Counted from the first letter of the stretch, positions 1-9,816 are shown. The stretch: DNA of 32,000 bases from Desulfotalea psychrophila LSv54 (GCF_000025945.1 NC_006138.1:1590001-1622000); one strand, 5' to 3'. Notes: generated by a model not told the origin, from the sequence alone. Translations and numbers: made by a program.

Positions 1-994
1 GGTCGTTTTCGTAAAATAGTCGTATGTCATCGATTCGGTACTTGAGCATGGCAATACGCTCGATACCGAGTCCAAAGGCAAAACCACTGTACACTTCTGG
101 ATCATAACCAACCATTTTAAATACTTCTGGGTCAACCATGCCAGCGCCGAGAATTTCCAACCAGCCAGTCTTTTTACAAACGCGACATCCTTTTCCGCCA
201 CACATAACACAGGCAATATCAACCTCTGCACTTGGTTCGGTGAATGGGAAGAAACTTGGACGGAATCTTACAGGAAGGTCTTGTTTAAATATTTTTTGCA
301 AAAAGAGGGTGAGGACACCCTTGAGATCGGCAAAGGATATGTTCTTGTCAACCAAGAGACCCTCTACCTGATGAAACATCGGGGTATGGGTGATATCGGA
401 GTCGCAACGATATACCTTACCGGGGGCGATCATGCGCAGTGGTGGATCTTGCTTTTCCATAACCCGAGCCTGCATAGGCGAAGTATGGGTACGAAGCAGG
501 GTGGAGCCACTTACATAGAAGGTGTCATGCATATCTCTGGCCGGGTGGTGAGCCGGGATATTAAGTGCCTCAAAATTATAGTAATCTTGCTCAACATCTG
601 GCCCTTCTGCCACAGAAAAACCCATGGCCTCGAAGATGGCACAAACTTCCTGCATAACCTGAGTTACAGGGTGAAGATTTCCCGCTGCAGGTTGACGACC
701 AGGAAGAGTTAAGTCTGGAAGAGATTGATAGGTATCGGAAGACGAGGTTTGCTGGGAAAGAGAGGATCTCTTCTCTTCAAACTGCTCTTCTAACTGGGCT
801 TTAATTGTATTGGCGAGTTGGCCAAGGCGGGGGCGATCTTCTGCAGGAGCAGATCCAAGCTGACGCATAACCGTAGTAAATAGTCCCTTACGACCAAGAT
901 ATTTAATACGGAATTCTTCGAGTGATTCACTCGCGCAGATGGCGGTCAGGCTTGCCTTGGCTTCGTTCTCAAGGTTCTGTAGCTCTTGTTCCAT
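1..994 (-). CDS. pheS: Phenylalanyl-tRNA synthetase alpha subunit (C-terminal part beyond window start)
   Basis: Reverse-strand frame starting at ATG 994 reads [47 protein letters not shown]..., typical PheS N-terminus. The frame stays open to the window edge, and it lies downstream of rplT as is common. Confidence 0.93.
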   Translation of the reverse strand, partial: MEQELQNLENEAKASLTAICASESLEEFRIKYLGRKGLFTTVMRQLGSAPAEDRPRLGQLANTIKAQLEEQFEEKRSSLSQQTSSSDTYQSLPDLTLPGRQPAAGNLHPVTQVMQEVCAIFEAMGFSVAEGPDVEQDYYNFEALNIPAHHPARDMHDTFYVSGSTLLRTHTSPMQARVMEKQDPPLRMIAPGKVYRCDSDITHTPMFHQVEGLLVDKNISFADLKGVLTLFLQKIFKQDLPVRFRPSFFPFTEPSAEVDIACVMCGGKGCRVCKKTGWLEILGAGMVDPEVFKMVGYDPEVYSGFAFGLGIERIAMLKYRIDDIRLFYEND

Positions 995-1076
995 AATTCC
1001 AGAAAGGTAGTGGGGGAATGTTGAAAATAAATTTTCAAGTAATCCCTTTTTGTTCGATGAATGTCAATGAAACAGC

Positions 1077-1110
1077 ATGCCGGTTCACGGAAAAAACCAT
1101 GAACCGGCAT
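1077..1110. other. 14-bp inverted repeat with 6-nt loop between rplT and pheS
   Basis: atgccggttcacgg-aaaaaa-ccatgaaccggcat; the arms match at 13/14 positions and the remaining position can form a G-U pair. Confidence 0.8.
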
Positions 1111-1209
1111 ACACAAAACACACACTATTTGTTGTTTTCAGACAGGAAGCAACAAACTGTAGAGAGGCAAACGTTGAGTTTAAAACCCTACATAAAAGCC
1201 AAAAAGCTC

Positions 1210-1566
1210 TTAAGCGTTTGCTTCCTTAGCGATAACACTCAGCTTGGTGAAAGCTGGAGCATCGAGTACTGCCAAGTTGGCAAGTACTTTTCTGTCAAGC
1301 TCAATACCAGCTTTAGCGAGACCACCGATAAATCTGCTGTAGTTGATGTCGTTCATCTTGGCACCAGCATTGATGCGGGTAATCCAAAGACGACGAAAAT
1401 CTCTCTTACGTTGCTTACGATCACGGTATGCGTAGCAAAGGGCGCGATCAACGGCCTCGGTAGCTGTCTTAAATAGACGCGAACGGGCGCCTCTGTAACC
1501 TTTAGCGAGTTTGAGAACCCGATTTCTTCGTCTGCGAGCTTTAAATCCTCGTGTAACGCGTGGCAT
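1210..1566 (-). CDS. rplT: 50S ribosomal protein L20
   Basis: 118 aa, [42 protein letters not shown]...; canonical L20. Confidence 0.98.
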   Translation of the reverse strand: MPRVTRGFKARRRRNRVLKLAKGYRGARSRLFKTATEAVDRALCYAYRDRKQRKRDFRRLWITRINAGAKMNDINYSRFIGGLAKAGIELDRKVLANLAVLDAPAFTKLSVIAKEANA

Positions 1567-1667
1567 GAATAAACTCCTTATTCTTCATCCTACAGATAGT
1601 TTGTGTAGGAATTATAAACTAAAATCTAATTGTCTCTTTCAGGTACTGCTCAATATTGCTATTGAGA

Positions 1668-1865
1668 TTACATGTAAGGGAGAATTTTCTTAATATTTTT
1701 AACATCAGCTGAGGAAACAAGATCAGCCTGACGTAAAGAACGCTTACGCTTGGTAGATTTCTTGGTCAAAATATGGCTGGTAAACGCTTTACCACGCTTA
1801 ATTCTTCCTGAACCAGTTTTCTTGAAACGCTTAGCTGCGCCTCTATTAGTTTTCATCTTTGGCAT
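1668..1865 (-). CDS. rpmI: 50S ribosomal protein L35
   Basis: [46 protein letters not shown]... is canonical L35. The track start at 1889 adds 8 non-conserved residues. Confidence 0.96.
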   Translation of the reverse strand: MPKMKTNRGAAKRFKKTGSGRIKRGKAFTSHILTKKSTKRKRSLRQADLVSSADVKNIKKILPYM

Positions 1866-2071
1866 GATAAATACTCCTTTGTGCTTCAATAAGCAGTACT
1901 GTTGAGAGCGTATTCAAGCAAATGCTGAAGACGGATGAAACATACAACAGCGCTAGTATTATGTGACAATGAGCTTAACGGGGCTCAAACTTATATTCCA
2001 ATAACTTGCTACCACAAAACAATACCAACCCCTTTGACAAAAAAAGCAGCAAAAGAGTTGGTTCGTCTAAT

Positions 2072-2617
2072 TTATGCTTTGGGGCCCACAAACATAACGA
2101 GTTGACGACCTTCCATCTTGGGTCGTTGCAAAATAACTGCCTCGCCTTCGAGAGCCTCAACAACTTTATTCATGGCTTCAAGTCCGATGGTCTGTGAATA
2201 GACAATCTCCCGGCCTCGAAAACGCATGGTAAGTTTCACTTTATTTTTCTGAGCTAAAAACTTTTTAACATTTTTAATTTTAAAGTTTAAATCATGCTCA
2301 TCTGTTTTGGGACGAAACTTAATTTCTTTAGTTTCAACAGTAGTCTGCTTCTTTTTTGCTTCCTGCTGCTTCTTCTTCTGCTCATAACGGAACTTGTCAT
2401 AGTTCATTACGCGACAGACAGGTGGCTCAGCGTTGTCAGAAACAACTACAAGATCAAGTCCTTCTCCGTAGGCAATTTCTTTTGCCTGGTCGGAGGTCAT
2501 AACACCGTGTTGTTCTCCGTCACTTCCGATAAGGCGTACCTTAGGGAAACGAACCTTGTCGTTGATCTGTGCTTTGGCTTCCTGTTGAACTGGTGCGTGT
2601 CTACCTCGCCTGTTAAT
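2072..2617 (-). CDS. infC: Translation initiation factor IF-3, with likely ATT start codon
   Basis: Track ORF 2072..2500 lacks the N-terminus. The same frame extends upstream to ATT at 2615-2617 (INRRGRHAPVQQEAKAQINDKVRFPKVRLIGSDGEQHGVMTSDQAKEIA...), preceded 8 nt upstream by GGAGG. Confidence 0.93.
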   Translation of the reverse strand: MNRRGRHAPVQQEAKAQINDKVRFPKVRLIGSDGEQHGVMTSDQAKEIAYGEGLDLVVVSDNAEPPVCRVMNYDKFRYEQKKKQQEAKKKQTTVETKEIKFRPKTDEHDLNFKIKNVKKFLAQKNKVKLTMRFRGREIVYSQTIGLEAMNKVVEALEGEAVILQRPKMEGRQLVMFVGPKA

Positions 2618-2854
2618 AGCTTTACCCTCCTCGAGTCCACGAGTTTATCTTTGTGCTCTGGCTCTTCTAAAGGGAGCCAGCGTGCCTTGTTTGTTTAAAA
2701 CTATACCTGCATCAGGTATGATCTGCAAATTTACTGTCTAACTAATATAATTTTAGCCACTATGCAAAACTATTCATGCCTAAACAGAAAATAGTTAGAA
2801 TAACGTAGTTACGAATATCTTTCATGCAAAAAATTATATTAGATGCAGAAAAAG

Positions 2855-4783
2855 TTACGCATCACCTTTGTGCTGGCATTCTTCAAGCACTAGAGCAACA
2901 AATTCCTGCACCGTCATAGGGTCTAAATTCTTGCCATTACGCATGCGAACAGTGACAGTGCCATCTTCCTTCTCTTTGTCACCAATAATAAGCATATAAG
3001 GCGTTTTTACGAGCTGAGCTTCCCGGATTTTGTAGTTTAATTTCTCGTTACGCAGGTCTTTTTCAACCCTGATGTCAGCGGCGCGTAACTCAGCATAAAC
3101 CTTCTCACCGTACTCGATTTGATCATCTGTAATATTTAAGATGCGTGCCTGTACCGGAGAGAACCATAGCGGGAATGCCCCTGCATGGTGCTCGATAAGG
3201 ACACCGATAAATCTTTCAAGCGATCCCATTAGGGCCCGGTGAATCATGATGGGCTGATGTTCGCTGTTGTCAGAACCTACATAGCTGAGCTCAAAACGCT
3301 CGGGAAGGTTAAAGTCTACCTGAACGGTAGAACACTGCCAACTACGACCAAGTTGATCCTTGATCTTAATATCAATTTTAGGGCCATAGAAAACACCCTC
3401 GCCCGGATCGATCTCATATTTGAGACCTTTCTTTTCAAGGGCAAGTTTCAGGGCGTTTGTCGATTTATCCCAATTCTCGTCGGTACCCACAGACTTCTCG
3501 GGGCGGGTAGAGAGGTAGATGTCATATTCGCTAAAGCCGAAGGATTTAAGGATGAAGAGATTGAAATCAAGGATATTGAAAATCTCATCTTCAAGCTGTT
3601 CCGGTCTACAGAAAATATGGGCATCATCCTGGGTAAAGCTACGAACTCGCATAAGGCCGTGAAGTGCGCCTGCACGTTCATAACGATATACGGTACCAAG
3701 CTCACACCAGCGAAGGGGGAAATCGCGATAGCTACGTTTTTTAGCCTTGTAGACACCAACATGAAAAGGGCAGTTCATGGGCTTGATTTGGTATGTTACG
3801 CCATCAATATCCATTCCTGCATACATGCTGTCTGCGTAGAAATCAAGATGACCTGAGGTCTTCCAGAGATCCTGACGGGCTATATGTGGAGTGTAGAGCA
3901 ATTCATAGTCGTGCCTGTAATGCTCAGCCTTCCAAAATTCTTCTATTTGGTGACGCATACGAGCGCCCTTGGGCAACCAGAGTGGCAACCCTGGGCCAAT
4001 GCTATCCTGCATGGTGAAGAGCTCAAGCTCTTTACCCAGCTTGCGGTGGTCACGCTTCTTCGCCTCTTCAATGTTGTTGAGGTGTTTTCTAAGCGCCTTA
4101 GAGTCAAAAAATGCAGTTCCATAAATACGTTGGAGTACATCTTTTTTCTCATCACCACGCCAGTAGGCACCGGCAACACGGAGAAGCTTGAAGGCACCAA
4201 TAAAAGAGGTTGATGGCAGATGCGGTCCACGACAGAGATCGGCAAAATCGCCAACCGTGTAGATAGATACCTCTTCAACATCAAGATCTTGAATCAGTTC
4301 AACCTTATATTTTTCCTCTTCTTTTTCAAAGCGGGCAATTGCCTCGGCACTTGAATAGAGGGTTTTTTCAAAAAGAGATCCCGTACGGACAATTTCCAAC
4401 ATGCGGGCTTCTATTTTTTCGAAATCTTCGGGAGTAAAAGGGTCGCTACGAAGGAAATCGTAATAGAAGCCGTTGTCGACGGAGGGACCAATGGCAACTT
4501 TAACATCGGAGCCATAAATATCCCGAACAGCGTGAGCCATAATATGGGCTGTGCTGTGACGAAGAACGCTTAGAGCCTCTGGGCTGTCGATAGTGACAGG
4601 AGAGAGGGTGCAGTCGGTGCTCAGAGGAGTGTTGAAATCAACAACCTCACCATTAAGAATGGCAGCCACGGTACGCTTGCGTTGTTTGTTGGATTGAAGT
4701 GCTACGAACACTTCGCCTACGGTCGTTGATATAGGAACCTGTGTCGACTCACCGTCGGCAATGGTAACAGTTATGTCACTCAT
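2855..4783 (-). CDS. thrS: Threonyl-tRNA synthetase
   Basis: TGS domain start MSDITVTIADG; motifs MNCPFHVGVYK, RYERAGALHGLMRVRSFTQDDAHIFC, HQPIMIHRALMGSLERFIGVLIEHHAGAFPLWFSPVQ. Track ORF starts at 4828; the internal ATG at 4783 fits better. Confidence 0.97.
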   Translation of the reverse strand: MSDITVTIADGESTQVPISTTVGEVFVALQSNKQRKRTVAAILNGEVVDFNTPLSTDCTLSPVTIDSPEALSVLRHSTAHIMAHAVRDIYGSDVKVAIGPSVDNGFYYDFLRSDPFTPEDFEKIEARMLEIVRTGSLFEKTLYSSAEAIARFEKEEEKYKVELIQDLDVEEVSIYTVGDFADLCRGPHLPSTSFIGAFKLLRVAGAYWRGDEKKDVLQRIYGTAFFDSKALRKHLNNIEEAKKRDHRKLGKELELFTMQDSIGPGLPLWLPKGARMRHQIEEFWKAEHYRHDYELLYTPHIARQDLWKTSGHLDFYADSMYAGMDIDGVTYQIKPMNCPFHVGVYKAKKRSYRDFPLRWCELGTVYRYERAGALHGLMRVRSFTQDDAHIFCRPEQLEDEIFNILDFNLFILKSFGFSEYDIYLSTRPEKSVGTDENWDKSTNALKLALEKKGLKYEIDPGEGVFYGPKIDIKIKDQLGRSWQCSTVQVDFNLPERFELSYVGSDNSEHQPIMIHRALMGSLERFIGVLIEHHAGAFPLWFSPVQARILNITDDQIEYGEKVYAELRAADIRVEKDLRNEKLNYKIREAQLVKTPYMLIIGDKEKEDGTVTVRMRNGKNLDPMTVQEFVALVLEECQHKGDA

Positions 4784-4864
4784 GAGTTTTTTCGGGTCTA
4801 TAGAAAAATAAAGGCCAAAGATCAACAATTCTGAAAGAAAAGTTGTTACTTTAGCCTATAAAAC

Positions 4865-4939
4865 TGGTAGGCGCGGGCGGGATTGAACCGCCGACATCCA
4901 CCACGTCAAGGTGGCGCTCTCCCACTGAGCTACGCGCCT
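4865..4939 (-). tRNA. tRNA-Val (GAC anticodon), CCA encoded
   Basis: Reverse complement AGGCGCGTAGCTCAGTGGGAGAGCGCCACCTTGACGTGGTGGATGTCGGCGGTTCAATCCCGCCCGCGCCTACCA folds as a cloverleaf with acceptor AGGCGCG/CGCGCCT and anticodon loop TTGACGT. Confidence 0.95.
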
Positions 4940-5166
4940 GTCCACACTTCTTACGTTGCCTTCCAGTTGTGACGTTTAAGGAAAAACGTCGACCGAGTTT
5001 TTTTAACAAGAATTGCCGGTGATGTCAAGATAAAACATGAAAGAAAAGAGGATGAGAACATATTGTTAGCGTAGCTTTTGCGGTGGGAGAATCAGATCTT
5101 GGCTCTTTGCTGCCTCTAACTCTTTAATGCTTCGGAGATATTGGCCTTTTGGCCTTGTGCTTGCGC

Positions 5167-5194
5167 CTCCCTGTCCCGTGAGGATGACAGGGAG
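5167..5194. other. 9-bp inverted repeat downstream of the ybaB-like gene
   Basis: ctccctgtc-ccgtgaggat-gacagggag; perfect 9-bp arms, no adjacent T-run. Confidence 0.7.
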
Positions 5195-5207
5195 ATACTC
5201 GGTCTGC

Positions 5208-5537
5208 TTAGGATAAGAAGTTGGTGAGATCGGGAAGGTTCATGCCGCCGGTGAGCTGGCCCATCTCCTGTTTGCTCAGATCTTTGGCACGACGGAGGCC
5301 ATCGTTGGTGGCAGCTGTGACAAGATCTTGAAGCATCTCTTTTTCGTCGGTATTGATGAGGGCGTCCTCTATCTTTATGGCAAGGATCTCTCCCTGGCCG
5401 TTGACCTGTACCTCAACCATGCCACCGCCAGCGCTGCCGGTGATAATTTTTTTGGCAAGATCTTCCTGTATTGCTGCCATTTTGCCTTGCATATCTTTGG
5501 CCTGTTGCATCAATTTGCTGATATCCATTTTCTTCAC
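5208..5537 (-). CDS. YbaB/EbfC family nucleoid-associated protein
   Basis: 109 aa, MDISKLMQQAKDMQGKMAAIQEDLAKK...GGGMVEVQVNGQGEILAIKI; located directly downstream of dnaX as is typical. Confidence 0.93.
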   Translation of the reverse strand: MKKMDISKLMQQAKDMQGKMAAIQEDLAKKIITGSAGGGMVEVQVNGQGEILAIKIEDALINTDEKEMLQDLVTAATNDGLRRAKDLSKQEMGQLTGGMNLPDLTNFLS

Positions 5538-5546
5538 TCTGTGGGA

Positions 5547-7323
5547 TTATTTTTTAGTGGTAACTCGTATGTCGCCAACGGTCCCTCTGAATATTTCTGC
5601 TGTGGCGATAACGAGAGGGTCGTGCATAAGTTCATGCCGGATGTTTTGGGTATTGGAGGAGGTGCTTTTCTTCTCCTCTGGCAGGATAAATTTTATGATA
5701 AGATTTTTATCGTAAAAATCCAGGATAAATTGTTTGAGCTCGGCAGAATGTTCTGGTCTGCGTACCATGGTGCAGTTGATGGCATCATCGTAGTGGAGGA
5801 GGAGGCTACCGCCCTCTTCTTCTACTTGGGTAACATGGCTCAGCGCTGGAGCCATCCAGCTGGACTTTTCCTGTACATAGGCAAGGAAGTTTTTCCAGTC
5901 CGTCTTGATTCTCGTTGCTGGCTTAGGCTTTTCAGCGGGCTTTGGAGCCTTTTTTGCCGGTGTTGGGGGTGCTGCTGGCGTTCGCTGTTGGAACTCCCGG
6001 GGGGCCGTTGGCCTTCGCTGTTGAAACTCCGGGGGCTCTTCCGGGAGTGGAATTATCTCTTCGGCTGGATTATGCTCTTTTTTTTTCTGCGGGGGAGGCG
6101 GGCTTGTTTCCCTTTTGCCTGGTGCTATCTCTTGTCCTGTTGGTTTCGCTGGTATTGCCTTCGTGCTTGCCTCTCCTCTTTCTGCTGCCAGGATGGTGTC
6201 GAGCTTTTTTAGCAGTTGGCTTACCGGTACAACATTCCCTGCTTCAATCATTTTGAGAAAGGTTGTTTCAAGGATCAGTCGTGGCTGGTTTGATCTGCCG
6301 ATATTCTCCACCATCTCAATGAGCATGTTCATCTTGAGATGGAGTGTCTCTGCTGTGTAGTTCTTGGCGGTTTGGCTGAACTTGTTGAACTCTTCGTCGG
6401 GGAGGTCAATCAGTGGTCTGCAGCCATTTATCTTGCAGAGGAGGAGGGTGCGGAACTGGCCGATAAGATCGGTGCAGAATCTTTTGATATCCATGCCGAA
6501 GCGAAAAATTTGCTCAAGGGCAAGAATGGCGGTGGAGGGATCTCCTTCCAAGAGTGCTTGGGTCGAGGTTCATCAGTACCTCGCGGTCGATGAGCCCCAA
6601 TACCTCGATTGCATCCGAGGTGGTCACAGAGCTTTCGCTGAAACTGAGTACCTGATCGAGGAGGCTGAGGCCATCACGAACAGATCCTGCTGCCTCTCTA
6701 ACGATGAGGGCCAGGGCCTCTTTTTCGATCTCCTTGCCTTCCTCTCCTATGAGGCGTTCAAAGTGGCCGGACAGATCATCTGCGCAAACGCGTTTGAGTT
6801 CATATTGCTGGCATCTGGAGAGGATGGTGATGGGTATTTTATGTATTTCCGTGGTGGCAAACATAAAATAGACATGTTCCGGTGGCTCTTCCAGGGTTTT
6901 GAGGAGGGCGTTGAAGGCCTCCGTGGTTAGCATATGTACCTCATCTATGATAACGATGCGGTATTTGGCAGAGGTGGGGAGAAAACGAATTTTTTCTTTG
7001 AGCTCGCGGATCTCCTGGATACCACGGTTGGATGCGCCATCGATCTCGTAAAGATCAAGTGAGGATCCGGCGGTTATCTCCTGGCAGGAGAGGCATTTGT
7101 TACAGGGGTTATTGTTGTTGTCCCGGTGCTCACAGTTAATGGCCTTTGCCATAAGGCGGGCCAGAGTGGTTTTGCCGACACCGCGCACGCCAGAAAAGAT
7201 AAGGGCATGGGCAACGCGATCACGAGCAAGGCTGTTCTGTAGAGTTTTGACAACGGGGCGTTGACCGATAACCTGGTCGAATGTTTGGGGGCGGGACTTT
7301 CTCGCGAGTACAAGATATGACAT
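5547..7323 (-). CDS. dnaX: DNA polymerase III gamma/tau subunit, interrupted by an apparent frameshift near 6564
   Basis: N-terminal ORF 6514..7323 has Walker A GVRGVGKTT, a zinc-binding Cys cluster, DEVHMLTTEAFNALLKTLEEPP and the SRC motif. C-terminal ORF 5547..6551 continues with LLEGDPSTAILALEQIFRFGMDIKRFCTDL in another frame. Confidence 0.9.
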
Positions 7324-7369
7324 AAAACACCTGATTCGTGAAGATGCCGATTGGCTAGCCTAAAAAAAA

Positions 7370-7470
7370 TGGTAGCTAGGCAACCTACGCACACAGAGAG
7401 TGTCACTACCGTTGCTCCCTTCCAGGCCTGGCGGAGTTCGTGATTCTCTGTTGCATAGACCTAGCTACCA
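7370..7470 (-). ncRNA. ffs: Bacterial small SRP RNA (4.5S RNA)
   Basis: Reverse complement TGGTAGCTAGGTCTATGCAACAGAGAATCACGAACTCCGCCAGGCCTGGAAGGGAGCAACGGTAGTGACACTCTCTGTGTGCGTAGGTTGCCTAGCTACCA has complementary ends and the domain IV apical signature GCCAGGCCTGGAAGGGAGCA. Confidence 0.92.
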
Positions 7471-7480
7471 AACTATAAAA

Positions 7481-7514
7481 GTCTAGACTTGTTGCTGCCG
7501 GGGCAGCGCTAGAC
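7481..7514. other. Nested inverted repeat just upstream of the SRP RNA 5' end
   Basis: Outer arms gtctag (7481-7486)/ctagac (7509-7514), inner arms gctgc (7494-7498)/gcagc (7503-7507). Confidence 0.55.
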
Positions 7515-7555
7515 GAAGCTTATTAGGTCAAACCACCGTGGTGGCATTGCGTGCT

Positions 7556-7584
7556 ATAATGCACTAAAAGTCTGGTCTTGTCCA
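7556..7584 (-). promoter_or_regulatory. Candidate sigma70-type promoter upstream of the SRP RNA
   Basis: On the minus strand TGGACA - 17 nt - CATTAT. Confidence 0.45.
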
Positions 7585-7625
7585 GTCTTTTTTTCTGTTT
7601 TTTTGAGAATAGCATAAAAAGCTAT

Positions 7626-8729
7626 TTACACTGAACGTTTTACCCAGTCACAAAGAGGGGTAAAAGGCTTATTTTGATATATACCAGCTTCTTCTAAAAT
7701 AAGCTCGCCTCCAATGCAGGTAAGTCCTTTTGCCAGCCACTCATCCTCTCTTATGGCTTGTTCGGCGCCCTTATCTGCGATAGCCAAAATCTTAGGAAGA
7801 ATTGCCTCTCCATAGCCGGCGGAGGCGGTAACTGGGACAGATCCCGGGATGTTATCAACGACAAAGTGGCGAATACCATCCACCGTATATTCGGGGTCGG
7901 CCCACGAGGTAGCCCTGCTTGTTTCGATGGCACCCGCCGTATCGCAGGAGACATCAACGATACAGGCCCCTCTTTTCAGTTTCTTCAGCATGGATCTGGG
8001 GATGAGATGGTCTTTTCGATGCTTTGGCCAGAGGACACAGTTGATGATCATATCAGCGTCATAGATATGGTCTTCAAGCTCACTGACGTCTCCCACTGTC
8101 ACGGGGGCATTGTGGTATTGCATGGCAATAGACTTGCGTGCACCCTCATAGATATCAAGGGCAACGGTGCGAATACCAAAGGGGACCAGGGTGCGCAGGG
8201 AGCCCTGACCAACGTTGCCGAGACCGATCACCACGGCCTTGGCGGCAGGCTCGCCGAAGTGGGACATGAAGTGGCGACCGGTGCCGCCGTTTTGGGCCAT
8301 GGTCATGCGAATGGCCTCGAATGCGCCGACCTCGCCTGCCAGAGGGCAGTTGGGTGAGCCAAATTTATGGGTGTTCTCGGCGGAGATGGCAAGGCATTTT
8401 GCCGTAAGGAGGGCATCAAGCTGTTCTGCATCGAGGGCTGCATGAATATTGGTGAAGATGATGTGGTCTGCCCGGAGAAGGGCAAATTCTGGTTCGAGGA
8501 TCTCTTTCACCTTGACAATCAGGGTTGCCTGCTCAAAAAGCTCTGCGGCTGTATCAACCAGGATTGCGCCTGCAGTCACATAGTCTTCGTTACTGGCAGC
8601 AGAGAGAAGACCGGCGTCTTTTTCTAGATAAACAGTGTGCCCTGCCTCGATGAGGGTCTTGATGTGACGAGGCAGAAGGGCAACGCGGCCTTCCTGGGCT
8701 TTTATTTCTCGGGGGATGCCTATCTTCAT
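7626..8729 (-). CDS. ald: Alanine dehydrogenase
   Basis: 367 aa, MKIGIPREIKAQEGRVALLPRHIKTLIEAGHTVYLEKDAG...; conserved AlaDH N-terminus and NAD-binding GLGNVGQGSLR. Confidence 0.93.
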   Translation of the reverse strand: MKIGIPREIKAQEGRVALLPRHIKTLIEAGHTVYLEKDAGLLSAASNEDYVTAGAILVDTAAELFEQATLIVKVKEILEPEFALLRADHIIFTNIHAALDAEQLDALLTAKCLAISAENTHKFGSPNCPLAGEVGAFEAIRMTMAQNGGTGRHFMSHFGEPAAKAVVIGLGNVGQGSLRTLVPFGIRTVALDIYEGARKSIAMQYHNAPVTVGDVSELEDHIYDADMIINCVLWPKHRKDHLIPRSMLKKLKRGACIVDVSCDTAGAIETSRATSWADPEYTVDGIRHFVVDNIPGSVPVTASAGYGEAILPKILAIADKGAEQAIREDEWLAKGLTCIGGELILEEAGIYQNKPFTPLCDWVKRSV

Positions 8730-8790
8730 TGTAACGAGTCCTTATTGGAAAAATTTATCATTGCTTCTTATCTGTTGTCTCCGGAAGACC

Positions 8791-9690
8791 TTATCCGCCG
8801 GAAAAAATTATTGCCGCACCAATTACGGCAACTATCGCTCCGCACCATGCCCCTATTTTAGGGCATTCTCCTGTAATTATCCAAATTAGTGGCAGGATGA
8901 ATATCGGGGAGAGGGAGGAGAGGATGGCGATGATGCCCACGGGTCCGTTGGCAATTCCATAGAGAAAAAAGGTCATGCCGAGGGCCATGCCAACCAGTCC
9001 GGAGAGGGCGGTTCTTGCTATTATTTTGCCTGTTATGCGTATCCTTGAGTGGAAAATCTCCTGGGGAAAAAACAGGGTGAGACAGAGGAGGATGGCTGCA
9101 ACCAGAGTGCGCAGGGTCGCAGCTGCCAGGGGATCAACCCCTGCTGCCAGGGCGGGTTTGGCGATGATACTGCTCATTGCCTGCATGCTTGCCGCTAGTA
9201 TTCCCAAAATAAGGCCGGTGGTCAGAGCGCCACGTACTGCCTCCCAGGGATGTGTTTGGTTTTTGCTATGGCCGAAGTAAATGGCCAACATGGTGCCGAA
9301 GATTACCGTGATTCCCCCACAGAGACTGAGCTTTGTTATCTTTTCATCGAGAAAGAGAAAACCCAATAGGGCGGTAATGGGGGCGTTGGTGGTAAAGAGA
9401 ATACCTGTTCTTCTTGGCCCCAGTCGATTTATGGTGATAAAGACCAGGGTGTCTCCCAGAAAAATCCCAAAAAATGAGGAGAGAATCAGGTAGAGGCTTG
9501 TCTCCCCGTTCAGGGAGTAGATGCCACCTGTATAAAAGGCCATGCCAAGGAGCATTAGGCTAGTCAGTGACATGCGTAGTCTGTTAAAGGCAATAGGCCC
9601 CATGGCCCTTGAGGGACCAACGGATATCATTCCTGCGCAGGACCAGCAGAGTGCAGCGCCAATGGCAGCTGTCTCTCCAAGGTACATCAT
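8791..9690 (-). CDS. EamA/DMT-family drug/metabolite transporter-like membrane protein
   Basis: About 299 aa from MMYLGETAAIGAALCWSCAGMISVGPSRAMGP..., with two EamA-like repeats of about 5 TM segments. The track ORF begins at 10005, but its N-terminal ~105 aa are low-complexity and overlap the divergent gene. Confidence 0.85.
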   Translation of the reverse strand: MMYLGETAAIGAALCWSCAGMISVGPSRAMGPIAFNRLRMSLTSLMLLGMAFYTGGIYSLNGETSLYLILSSFFGIFLGDTLVFITINRLGPRRTGILFTTNAPITALLGFLFLDEKITKLSLCGGITVIFGTMLAIYFGHSKNQTHPWEAVRGALTTGLILGILAASMQAMSSIIAKPALAAGVDPLAAATLRTLVAAILLCLTLFFPQEIFHSRIRITGKIIARTALSGLVGMALGMTFFLYGIANGPVGIIAILSSLSPIFILPLIWIITGECPKIGAWCGAIVAVIGAAIIFSGG

Positions 9691-9816
9691 CTCCTTCCCC
9701 TTTCTTCTTCTGTCGGTTAATTCGTCTCTGCTTAGCTCTCCGTTCGGTGATAACAGAAAAAAAAAGTAAAAAAAAGTAAAAAACAGAGAGTGGGGAAAAT
9801 AAACGTCTCTATCCTT

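Noticed and set aside
138-712. Plus-strand ORFs 138..371 and 281..712
   Set aside because: They are antisense to the clear pheS reading frame and have no recognisable protein features.
1018-1476. 152-aa plus-strand ORF
   Set aside because: It is largely antisense to rplT, with low coding plausibility.
5328-6930. Large plus-strand ORFs (294 aa, 188 aa) opposite dnaX
   Set aside because: They are shadow frames of a GC-biased coding strand. The minus-strand dnaX homology is unambiguous.
9757-9785. A-rich tract gaaaaaaaaaagtaaaaaaaagtaaaaaac-like sequence as a possible tandem repeat
   Set aside because: It is too short and simple, and is consistent with AT-rich intergenic DNA or the tail of a terminator.
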